Assembly: GCA_964252035.1 (NCBI GenBank)
Contig: OZ176202.1
From: Podarcis erhardii
Lineage: Eukaryota
Direction: 5' to 3' (one strand)
DNA: 64,000 nt
In this document: piece by piece, positions 25,524-37,400 of the stretch
Layout: each line of letters begins with the position of its first letter
How positions within the stretch are numbered: the first letter of the stretch is position 1
Translations under genes and position numbers: made by a program
Notes under the pieces: model-generated
Databases searched by the model: none
What the model saw: only the letters and a program-made list of their open reading frames with translations
What the model was told of the DNA's origin: nothing

Positions 25524-26918
25524 CCCTCACTCACTCTGCCTTTTCAAGTTGTCTGAAATATGCATTTCCTCAAAAACCTGACAAAAACCTGACACGGTGA
25601 TAATTTTCTAAGCTATGTTGCTCATGTCAAATTATTCAACATCTGTCTTCATGCTCACAAAAATTAGCATAAGATAGTGGTTTCTGATGACACCTCTAGT
25701 GAAATATTTTGACTTGTACCAGTAAGTTGCAAACAACCTGTCGGGTGGATAATGTCAGCTTCCAAGTACTGCATACTGTATTAAAAGATGGCTCTGCGGG
25801 TTGTTTGGGGTTTTTCAGAGTGAAACCTGACTGACCTAATGCTGGGTTTGGGCTATACAAAGGGCATAGGTGATTAGGCTGTAAAACAACACCACAAACA
25901 GGCAGGGGAAGGCATTCATAGCAATACTACACAAGCTAAAATCCATGTTTGATGCTGAGCATGTTTGGTGCATAGAAAATGAAAATCTGATTGAAAAGAG
26001 GAAAGAAGATCTTGGGGGAGAATTATACATTTATGCAGCACTGAGCATTCCTGCTGTAAGATAAGGATGGCATCCCTAGAACAGGCATAACCAAAATCAA
26101 ACAGACAAGGAAGGCTGACTGAACACAAGAATAAGGAAAGTTATATATTACCACAAGGAGCATTATACTTATTTGACTACTTAGTAGACTCCAAAACCTA
26201 GCCATGAGATTTCTCTAGGCTAAAAAAATTGATTCTATCGGCTAGGATGAAAATGGAAGCAAGATCTATGAGGGATGCAATAAACGGTTTGCTTGTTGTG
26301 ATTTTTAAATTGCCCTTCATCACAAGCAATTCTGGGATAGTGTGTGTACAAGTAAAACAATTAAATTTAAAACCACATATATGCCAGAACTGCAAAACTA
26401 ACACCACAGTGAGGAATCTAATTCCACTGGCCATGAACTGATGAGACTGTTCCAAGGCCCTGAAGAAATAGGTGTGTCTTGAGACAACACCTGAAACATA
26501 ACAGCGAGGAAGACAAGCAGACTTCAAGAGAGGGGAGTCCATAATAAATGGGTGCCACAACCAAGTAGGCCCTACCTCACATCACCACGCAGCAAGCTGT
26601 GCTTGTCAGTGAGATTGTAAGAAGGACCTTTCCTGCAGATCTTAAAGCCTCAGCTAACAGATATACACTTCCGGAATGCACATTTTTATCTACACCAGTT
26701 TCACAGCTGGTGGGACATCTGAACAATGGAAAAGGAGTTTAGATCACCAGATTTGGGACTGCTATTCACTCTGTGCATGTGCACATTATAGGAAACCCAC
26801 ACAGTGTACTTTTTACATTTAGGACTCACTGGGTCTCACTAAAGCAGGGCTCTCAACTGCCAGAAAAAAATGGTTTGGCCCTGCCTGCTTTTGTGCCTTC
26901 AACTTCAGCTTAGCATAT

Positions 26919-27125
26919 CAGTGGCGGAGCTAGGGGCTTTGGCACCTTGAGCGGGGGGGATGGCAGGTCGCCCACGGAGACGTGGCATGACTGTGCGAGC
27001 ATCCCAATAGGGTTGGCCGCCTGTGCGAGAGCGCCCCAATAGGGGTGCCACATGCAGCGATGTCAACCCCCCTCAGGGATGGAACCCGGGGCGGACTGCC
27101 CCCTGCCCCACTTCCTACGCCACTG
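26919..27125. mobile_element. GC-rich hAT-like MITE
   Basis: TIR cagtggcg / cgccactg flanked by a direct repeat agcatat (7 bp). Confidence 0.75.
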
Positions 27126-30100
27126 AGCATATGAACCTTTCCATGGCATAAACAGAAGTGGGGAATCTGTGGCCTTCCAGATGTTGTTCCCACCATCCCT
27201 AACTGGGCCATACTGACTCTGGCGGGAGTTCAACTGGAGAGCTACACACGGTCCACAAATAAGTATTGTCATGTACTAATGTACGCACATCAATCTACTA
27301 TTAAAAGGTACAGGAAATAAGCTAGCGAAAAGACTATGGCAAAAACAAACCTAGCACATGTTCCCCTATGCTACTCACAAGGCAGTAATATACAGGCAGA
27401 TTATTCCACTAGGCACCCTGCCAGCATCAGAAATATAGAGTTGACCCCATAATCTTAGAAAATGGGAAATCATTCACTCAGCCAGATCCTTTTTTATTTC
27501 TTCTTTTTGTCGTGAGGGAAGAATTGCTCCTTCCTGTGCATATTCTGTCTACTTTTCCTTGTCTCTGGTGATGGAGATCTCCCCACAACATTTCTGTCCG
27601 ATTGCACATGAAGGATATTTTCCCTGATGCTCTGCCTATGTACTCCTTTGAAGCTCATCGCTTCACCTTCCATCTTCCACCCTGGAATGTTTCCTTGAAG
27701 GTGTTGATTTGTTTTCTGCAAGCAGACAATGATGAGGGGCTGCCAACTCACAGGGCCTTTTCCTCAGCAAGGGAAGAGAAAGTTGGGCTGTCAGCTGCTC
27801 CATGTTAGCAATAAAACACTCCTATCAAGGCTTGTTAAATCCTGTTTCTAAAGTAAACAAAGCAGGAGCCCAGTTTCCACCGGCCAAAACAAAGCTACCG
27901 GTACTCAAAAAAGCCTGCTCTCAAAAGACTGTAGACTTTATAAGATGGGCTTTAAAATAAGTATTGAAAAACAAAAAACAAAACTCCCCCGTCTTTCTCT
28001 GTATACATACTTAAAGAGAGAGAAAATATTTGCCACCAACAATTTGTAGAGGAAAAGAGACAAACCCATTTCCTTTTCTCAATGACTATCTCCTTTCCAC
28101 CCACCTCTAATGTATTTTTCACCCTATTTCAGACATTTGTTGCTAAATGCTTTATTAAAACAGTGTTTCCCTTAGGAACCTATGAGATTGCGCTATAGAC
28201 ACTTTCTAGGCCCAGAAGCTGTGGCTGCATTCACATGAACAAAAGCATACAATAAGGGAATTATTTAGGGTATTTCTTTTTTTATCATTTTCACAATGTA
28301 GAGCAGTACAGCCCGACAAGGAGGAATTAGAATTGTCAACCAGTTGTTGTCTTATTTGCACACCCAATACAACCGTGTTTGACCAGGCAAACATAACAAT
28401 GGCATGAAAATTCAATGGCCACCTGATCTAATTTTTTCACCATGGACTTTACAACAGGTTCCACCAAGTTCTTCCCTGATCCTGTCATTTGTCTGGTTTG
28501 CACAAAACTGACTTAGTTTTGTTTGTTTAGCCCGAGTGTGGCATGTTTGAATGTCCAAGCTCAGTTCAGCAGACTAACTAAGGCTTGTTTTCCCGTGACA
28601 AGTCATGACGTGAAGCCATGTTGACTTACAAACCATGACTTGTTTTAACTAAGGTATGGTGTTTGGACATAACCCAACTTGCTTAACCATGTCTTTTATG
28701 GCCTCCCCACTCAAGAAACCTGCCAAGCAATAGCGGCACAAAGCAAGAGCTGCTGAAAAACTTTGGAGAAACAACATGTGGCTTTTTGGCTTGGGGTTTG
28801 CTGAACAGACATGGTTAAAACAAAACCATGGCTTGGCATTGTTTGTGAAGAGTCACTGTCTACCTCAAACAACACTAGGAGATAATGCTCAGTGAAAACA
28901 ATCTAGAATTCTCATCTGCCCTACTTGTGATGGGAATAAGTTTTATAAGAGTCTTTTCCAACTGGTTCAATAGTAGAAAGGTCAGACTGCTGCTCTTATC
29001 TCATTTCAACTTCTCTTCCAGGACCCATTTATATATTACAACCTCCACCATGGTTGGTCAAGGTATTTTGTTACCCAAGGCACAATAATATATGGCATTC
29101 TCCCCCTTCCCTTGCCCAAGTACAAAGTACCCAAAGCTGGACAAGTTACTTTGGTACCTCAGAAAGAAAACTCCACACAAGAGCCACACCCTGATATTAA
29201 AAAGACAATAAAAATAAATTAAGTGTACAGCCAAAAAAACAGCTTCCTAAGGTGGCTGCCACACATGGATGCCCCTCTAAATCTTGTCATATGGCTATGG
29301 TATGGCTTACTTCACTATGGGGTTCAGAGTGATTTCCTTTATGGCAGCACAAATCTCTCTTTGGAGACACGGCAGCAATCCCCCTCTCCACACGCAGCAA
29401 TTTTCGGTGGCCTCCACAAAGTATAAACCAGCTCACAATGAGAAATGCGTAGTAGGAGTCAGATTATATGAGAGGATGGTTAAAGGGAGAGGAAACCGGC
29501 TTTCTATAGATGTGTGAACGTGGTCAAAGTTGGCACAGGTTTTCTGTTGCATCACCAGCAGCTCATGTAAGATTTGACATTTGCCAGCCCTTCTTTAAAC
29601 AGCTATACAGCTTTTAATGGGAGAGGGGTGTGCGCACATGCAATTTTCTGTGGCCAGCTTAAGCTGAATGGAAGGAATCAGATAACGAGGGAAAGGAAGA
29701 TTATTGGGACTCAGACACCCTTCAGTCATCGTATCAAACACCAATTTGTGTAACAAGCCTCTTCAGGCAGCGAGCAAGCTAGATGTACTTTGGACTCCCA
29801 ATTATTCCATGTCTCCACTCCAAGTGTCTCCCTGTAACATATATTTTATTTATTCCATCCTTTGCAATAAACCTTGGCAGAGGCCTTTCAGGGAGGCCCA
29901 CGTGGCCTATTATTTAAAGGGTACATCAAATGGATATTTTATCTGGTTTAATCGGATTTAAACTTACTACATTCAGATTGATAGAGTGTATTTATAGCCT
30001 TCATACCAGCACATGTGACCCCCCTCCTCACCGTCTGCCTTCCTTGCCTCTCTAACATTCAAGGGGTGTGTGTGGGTGTGTGGGTGTGTGTGTGTAAGTG

Positions 30101-33100
30101 TACTGAAATACAACATTTGAATTCCCAACCCTTCCACATTTAGTGCCACAAGAGGCAAACATTCAGAACATGAAATTCTCCAACTATATATAGCTTGAGG
30201 CTCCAGCTCAAGACCAGCATTTAGGGCAAAGGGAAGGGAGATTGTGGGGTGGGCAGGGGGTTGCAGAGTCTCTAATCCTGCTTTAAGTTTCTTTGCAAGT
30301 GTAACAGCTTTGATACAGCAGCGCCAAAGCGCCATTAATAGCTAGTGCTTCACCTTCTAAACAAGCAGCTGTGATTGGAGAAAGCTCCTGGAAAGGAAAG
30401 GCTTGTGAAAAGACAAAATACTGAAAGTTTGCAGTGTGCCGATAGAATAGCCTGAGCCATACACAGAGAAAATTCTGTTCTATATTAAAACCAGCATTCA
30501 CTCAATAGATAGTTGAAAGAGGGAGAGAGAAAGCTGATAGATTTTTGTTCGTGTTTGTACAACCAGGGTTTGGGGGAGCCAGAGAAACCCTGCAGAATAA
30601 ATGAAAGTCTTGTGTACAGTACAAGCTTTAGAGAAGGCCTCCATTACAGCGAAGCTTGTTCCCCCCCACCCCCTGCATTCTCTTTCTCCCTAAAAAATAC
30701 CATCAGGATGTTGATTTAAACATGGAGAGGGTTGAAAGAAAGAAGGAATCAACTAGAAAAGAAAGAAGCCTGAGTCTGAGGAGCGAAACCCAGGGTCTAA
30801 TATAAAAAGAAGCCAGAGGTGTAGGAAGATTGACAATCTTAAAGGGCCTGAAGAGGCCTTTGAAAGCAAGCCCACCAGTAGTTCTGCTTGGACTGCAGCA
30901 GCCAGGCTAATTAAAAATAAAAAGTTTGCCTGGGAGCATATAAAACACCCATGGGGATGTAAAAACCTGCGCACACAATGGTTCTCTCGCCACAAAGACA
31001 TTATACACCCCGTCTCACTGCTCTCGGGTGCTTCTCCTAATTTCCCTCTGGACCTTAAATCCCCCCATTCTCCCTTCCCCTTGACAGACACAGAGATACA
31101 GGGGCTGAGGAGGAAGCTGGAGCAAAACAGCATCTATTTAAAGCAGTTATTTCACAAAACAGAACTAGACTCCAACTAACAACCTCAGCCCTAAGGGAGG
31201 AGAATAAATTCCCTTTTTTTAAAAAAAGAAAAGCATAATTAAAGTGACCTACAAAGACTTTTAGCTGCAGTGGGGAATAGGCTGCACGGAACTCAGCCTT
31301 GATGGTATTTACACATAGGTAAGTTCCAGCTAAATGCTGGTTCAGCTGTTACTGTTTTAACTCTCCCTCTCCCCTGTGGGGATATGAGAGACACGCTTCT
31401 TCTGAAGGTTGACTTTATTACGATAAATTGGTAAGGCAAATCAGGGCTTTGATAAGTCTGGCAAGTTCTTCTTTTTTAAAAAACAGACAAAAACCTCTAT
31501 AAGCAACATATATATTAAAATAGGAGTTTCTGAGATGCAGATCTCCACACAAAAGCCGGGGCAGAGTGAGCGCACCTGCACACGCGAGCGTTGGCGGAAG
31601 CGCCGCATCTCTTGCGCCGGATAAGTCCTTCACTGGCCGGCCCTGGATGAGGCCGACAGGCAACGACTCTTGCGCTTGTTTGGGACCACGGCGGTGCGCG
31701 CCGGCTGCCCGGCCAAGTGCACGTGTGAGCGCGCGCGAGTGCATCCATTTGCAAACGGGGGGCGTCAGCTATCCTCCCTCAGCTGAAGTGGGATCGTAGA
31801 AAAGGGGTAGGGGCTGGGAACGCTTCTTCCACAACATAGATAAGAGCCGGGGAGGCATTGGAGAGAGGAAGGCGATCGAAGCCGCCCCCTGAACGACCCC
31901 CCGCCCCACTTTGTTGTTTTTTTAGCCCACGGAGCCAGTAAAGGAGTGGCTGGCGGATGCAAGGGGCGCGCTTTCTCTTACCCCCACGGCCCTCGCCGCC
32001 TTGCGCAGCGAGCATCCATCTCCACACCTCCACGCCGGCTCCCCAAACGTCCCTCGCAACTCCCGAGGGGCTCTCCCAACAGCAACAGCGGCCGTGCATG
32101 CGCGTTGCCGCTTTGCAGAGCCTGCTCGCATCCCGCTTCATTTCAAAATCGCGGGAGCTCCATGGCGACTGGGTCGGGCTGCCTTCCCTTCTGGCGATGC
32201 GACCTCCACGAAAGAGCTGGGGGGGGGGAATCGGGCCCCTGAATATACTTCCCCGGCCACCCCCGCCCCCCGCCCCCCGACGAGAAAGGGAGCGGGGTGC
32301 GTGGGTAGGATTCCCCTTCTCCGGGCGCCGTGGGTGCAGGCAGAGCGCGCGCGAGAAGTCGCTGGGGGTTGTCTAGAAGCATAAACCGGATTGCAACCAT
32401 ATTAGACTTTGGCAATGTGGTTCTAATAATCGTTTCGGAAAGCCCGTGTGGCGGCCGGTCTCCCACAGCAGCAGCAGCAGCGGCACTTCAGGCCCGCGCT
32501 TGGCTTGCAACCCGGCTTCTGTGCGGGCACAGCGTCAACAAGTAACCGAAGCGGGAGGGAGGGCGCAACAGCTCGCACCGGCGGCGGCAGCGGCAGCGGG
32601 TGCTTCGCCCGAGGGGAATGGGCGACTCAAAGCGGGAGGAGGAGGGCAATATTGAGCAGCCCAACGAACTGGAAAGCTGCTTCGTCTCCCCAGAGGAGGA
32701 GGAGGACATAGTTTTGTACACATTACGCACGCACACCGAAAAGTGCATCTCTCTCTTTCCCAACAACAAGTTGAAGGGAGCTGAGCCATGTGGGCCCGGG
32801 TATCCTTGTGCCATCCCAACCCACCGCCTCCCCTGTTTTGCCCAGAACGAAGCTCGGAAAGGGTTAATCGGCGGCGTCTCTCTCGCCTCGTAAATCTCAA
32901 AAAGGGAGCGGGGGAGAGAGAGAGGCGGCGGCGGCGACAGCAACAGCACACAGGCAAGGAATTACGAAGTCGCGAACCGGGCTGGTGGGGGAACCTATTG
33001 CTACATCCATCCTCTCGCTCCTTCCTGCGCTCTGTGGGCACCATTTACTTTCTCTTGCTGCTGCAGGTGCTTTTGGGGAGGGGGAAAAACTTTGATCTGA

Positions 33101-33168
33101 GCCTAGCTAAGGCTGCACTCCCCCAAAGCAGGAAATCGTGCAACACACACCGACCCCGCGTCACTTAC

Positions 33169-33235
33169 CGTAGACCCCTTGTCCCCTGGTGTACACCGGG
33201 ACCAGAGAGAGGAATAAAACCCAAATAGTCTCCAT
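33169..33235 (-). CDS. MDGA1: MDGA1 first coding exon (signal peptide of a GPI-anchored Ig/MAM-domain cell adhesion protein)
   Basis: ATG in strong Kozak context (gaagATGg) reads METIWVLFLSLVPVYTRGQGVY+G, 67 nt, then a canonical donor CG|GTAAGT. From memory, human MDGA1 starts MEVTCLLLLALIPFHCRGQGVYAP with the same 22-aa length before the phase-1 intron. MDGA2 (MDLLYGLVWLLTVLLEGISGQGVY) fits less well. Confidence 0.9.
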
Positions 33236-34460
33236 CTTCAAGGCAGAAGCTTCATAGCCTGCGAAGAAGAACAGCCCAAGCACCACCTCCAAAAAAAGCC
33301 CAGGCAGCATCAGGCGGTGGATTCGAGAGAGGCAGGCGATAAGGCTTTTCCTGAACCGGCTCTGCTATTTTGCGCTTTTGTAGATATATAGATATACTGT
33401 ATATTAAAAATGCCCACCACTTCCTGGGGCTCGAAGCAGGAAGAGATGGATCCAGCGAAAGGAAGGGAGCCTTGGCTGGGCACAGGGCGCCTCAGCCCGG
33501 CTTAGCCAAGTCAACTCCAGCCAGTGCTTCTCGGGAAGCTCGCGATCTCCTCCACGCACGCACACACAACAGAGCGAGGGAGCGAGTCAATTTGAACGAA
33601 GAGAAATATCCGCCCTCCCCAAACGGGGAGCAGTAATTGCAAGTGTAAAAGGTGCGAGGAAGGGAGGAGAGGAAAAGCCAGCGAGGGATCTGGTTTCTCC
33701 CCCTTCTCCTCGCTCCCCGTCTTGCCTTTCGCCGGATCCCGGAGTCCTCCCAGAAGAAAACAAACAGAACTTCACGCCCAGACGTGCAACGGCGACGAAA
33801 TAACAAGGCGATTCAAAACCAGAAGGCACAAGACGAAGCGATCCAGTGGCGACGCAAAATCCACAGAGAACTTCCGCGGGTTTCCCCCCTTTTCTGGCTG
33901 CGCTCCGATTCCTTTCAAGCAGAGGGAGTCGTATTTGTTGGGGGGGGCGGAGGGAGAGAGGCGTCAACTCCCCAGCTTCCCAAACTCAATCGCCTGCCAA
34001 CTGGGGCCAACTTGAGAGATGCAACAACGACGGAGAGCGAGGGAGACACACGGACTCCTCGCCCTCCCTCCTACTAATGAGCCTCTGGCTGCAACCCCAG
34101 GAGCGAACAAGGGGGCGCGAGGAGGGAGGGGAGGCGGGTGCGCGCGTGTGTGAGAGATGGGGAGGGAGGTGCGGAGAAGGAAACCGAGAGGCAGCTGCTG
34201 GGGCAATAGGTAATCCTCCTCTTCTTGCCTCCAGCTGCTTTCTCTCCCTTTCCCCCGATTTTGGAATTAATTAAATGCAGGGATGACTTTTGCTGCGTGT
34301 GGTGGTTTTGTGTGTGCTGTTTTCCCCCCTCCAAAGAAACATCTCCCGTTCCCAGCTCCTTCAAAGCTGCCGAGCTCCGCTCTCTCCAGGCTGAAGTTGC
34401 TCAGTTGCAGTGCATCGCATGCCGGCCTGATAGTGGAGGAGGAGGAACGAGGGCCAGACA
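33236..34460 (-). other. MDGA1: Probable MDGA1 5' UTR (upstream limit uncertain)
   Basis: Contiguous GC-rich sequence upstream of the ATG. The TSS is only inferred from my recollection that mammalian MDGA1 has a long leader. Confidence 0.4.
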
Positions 34461-37400
34461 CAACACTCGCTCCGCTTGCCGCGCTTCCCTCCCCTCCTTC
34501 GACCTCTCGGCCCCCTTCCTCTCGGTTTTGCCCGAATCAGCGGGTCAGATTTATCCAAAGTTTTAGCGCGTTGGACTGACGTTTTGGCAGCTGGGAAGTT
34601 CCCTCCCTCTTCCCTCTCCTTTTGCAATTTATAAAATCTCTTTTTTCCTAATGTGTTGTTTTCTCTTTGTTCTCTACAAATGGGAGACAGAAACGTTCCA
34701 TCTCGAATGTAACTTCTGAAAGAGGGGAGTGAATAGGGCAAGAGGACCGAGAAACTTGCAGAAAGCAGCTTTTCACTGCAAAGGACGGTCTGTAATAGGG
34801 GCGTGGCAAGCCTTGGCTCCTCCCCTTCCTAGAAGAACGTGTGTGTGTATATATAGCAAGCGCACAACTACAATACTGCACCCCCAGTTCTGTTCCGCTT
34901 ATAGAAGGTTCTGCGCGGTGTAACTCAATACCTGCTTCGCCGTGATCTGCTCTAGAAGGCAGCTCAGCCTTCCAGAAACTTACGGGTCGCTCGGCCGGGA
35001 GAACTCGCTCTCTTCTCGTACTAGCAGTCACCTTTCCCCCAGATCGCCAAGATGACTCGGGAGGAAAGTCCGATCTCGTGAGCCTTTTGCTCAGCTCGAG
35101 CGCGAAGCAGGCGCCCTCTTCTAATCGCAGTCCCTACCCTGAAGTAAGCCTGCAATCCTCCAGGATCTGCCTGTTAAGCCGGCTGCCTCCCTCCGTCTAC
35201 CCTCCCCACCCCTCCACTTTCGCTCGTTCTCCCATCTTCGCGAGTCCCTTCTAGTTTTGAAAAAGAAAGGGAGCCAATTAAATCAACTCTGCTCCAGCGG
35301 AGTCCTACCTCCTACCCAATTCTCCCGGCCCCCCCCCAGGGCCAATTAGAGAAAACAAAACAAGGCTGACAGAAAACGGATCTATCTGGTTATATCCCCC
35401 CCCCCGCTTTTTTTCATTCCTTTCTGCAAGGAAATGCCAGGAATCGGCCGAGGTTTCAGCCGTCCACGCTAAAACGCACAACGCGGTCGGGTGCACCGCT
35501 TCGGCGCCCGGCCTCGTTCTTTGGAAGAGCGTCGCGGGCGGAGAGCCAGGCCGGAGGAACAGACCGCGGCGGCGGCGGCGGCGACTGTGGGTGTCTGGGC
35601 TCCCCAGCCCCCGCGATCTATAGGTTTGTCTTGCCGGGGGTGTCGCGAGGGGCACGCGGATCCCGCCGGGGAGGAAGGATCCGCACGGTGCGCTCTGCAC
35701 ATTCCCCTTGCGCGCGCGCTTGCACCTGTTGTGTGGCTGCTCACTGCGCGCTGCGAGAGCGCGGAGGCCCGCCGCGCTTGCAAGCCCATCAGCGATGCAA
35801 GGGGCGTCTGCAACCCGCTTGCGCTGTTGCTGCTGCTGCTGCTGCTGCTGTACTGGTGCATGTTCGTCCACTCCGCTTTGTACGTGTCTGTGTGTCTGCG
35901 CGTTACGCCGCTCTAGCGCTCCTGCGAGGCTTTTGCGCCCGGGGGAGACGCCTGGCCCGTCATGCATGCATGCATGCACCCTCGGCTTGCGGGCTGGAGA
36001 ATCCCAAGCAGCGGTGCCGGTGTGTCTGCTTTTTTTTTTTCTTTTTTCTTTCCCCACCCCCACCCCACTTTGCTGCAAATCTTTCTCCACAGGCGAAGAT
36101 CCGAGGCGACCATTTCGCCGTTCGAGGCCGTCGGGGGAGGACTTCTCTCAGTAGGCAATTCTGGAAGTGGAGCAAGTCCTTCCAAAAGGCTCTGTAGCCA
36201 GAGTCACCCGCCTTCCTCGCAGGTGGGCGTCTGGGCAGGATTATGCAAGATGTCGTGTCCCGGGTGAACAGAGCAGAGCAAAACTCCTGGAACGCCGTCT
36301 GGCTGGTCACTTCCTTCAAACTCTCTAGGTTTGGTTTCCATTTTTCAGGATTTTATTTTGCAACTTTCCTGCTTCCAGCGATTCCCCCTTCTCCTGTTCA
36401 TTAGAGGATTCTCCTCCCCACAATCCTATTTTAATCTTTTTATAAATGAACGTTTTATATTCCACATCCGAGATGAGGGAAGTGTTAAATCAAAATTTCC
36501 TCAAGGAACAAACCCTTAATTTTCAAATTACACCAAGATCCCATTTTAAATGATCCCATTTTAGAATGATGGGGTGAAGATGTGCAGACAATGTAAGCGA
36601 GGCTGTTAAAATATTAATCAAGAAGTGCCTACTTGCTTTATAGAAACTGATGATGCAGAAATAGTTCCGTTAAGTTTTACTCTCTACCCAGCCCAAATAC
36701 ATTTCCTGAAATAATTGAACTCCCATCAGCCAGTCCCTGTCTTAAAATAGCGCTGTAAAGCATTATTTGCTCCCATCACAATAAACGGATTTGAGCTTCC
36801 TGCAAGTAATGGGGAATATATATTTCAGCATGAGACCTTGTGATGGGGAGGAAATGGGGCTGTTATTGCAAACGTTTATTCTTTCTACTGAACTCCTAAC
36901 AGTGAGGAAATAGATATTTTTGATCATTGTGCAACTGAGTATCTGGAGGTGTGTTATAGATACACTGATTATTTTCCACTTTTTCTGTAACAAGCAGCAT
37001 CAGTCCACCTGGGTTTGTTGTTCTTGTTTTTTGCACAAATAAATAAGTCACAAGACATCTGGGGTTGAGAAGGAGGGAGCGTGTGCTTCTTGATTCCCCC
37101 GCCCCCATATGTTTGTCTCTGTTTCATTTTTACCTATCTAATGCGATCTCGTCTGTAGTGAGATCTGTTGGTGGGGATCCAAATAAGGGGCTCCTGCAGA
37201 CTTGTCATTGATGTAATAGTAATAGTGCAGTCATGCTGGATTTATATTGAACCATCCACACATCATCCCACTTTATTGTTGTTCTGCAGTGCTAATGTTA
37301 ACACTTAATTGCCGTCTGTAGCAGCACTCTTAATCTATAGAGCAGAACAAAAAACAACCAGGAAATTCGTGGTATGGAAGGCTACAGGATTTTAGCAGAT

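Larger units (their letters stand above)
1..33168 (-). other. MDGA1: MDGA1 intron 1 (continues beyond the left edge)
   Basis: Follows the donor at 33168. No exon encoding the expected APAQAQI.HAGQACVVKEDNISERVY was spotted by eye. Confidence 0.75.
31545..36300. promoter_or_regulatory. CpG island and promoter region of MDGA1
   Basis: Abrupt rise in GC and CpG density relative to CpG-depleted flanks, with GC boxes and CGCG runs; it spans the first coding exon. Confidence 0.9.

Noticed and set aside
33169-33235. Assignment to MDGA2
   Set aside because: It shares GQGVY, but the length and the ME start match MDGA1 as I remember it.
31418-36267. Many overlapping 60-260 aa ORFs on both strands in the CpG island (e.g. 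35305-36090, 35631-36197, 32600-32893)
   Set aside because: This is the expected stop-codon scarcity of GC-rich DNA. The products are low complexity with no recognisable domain. The real exon is too short for the ORF track.
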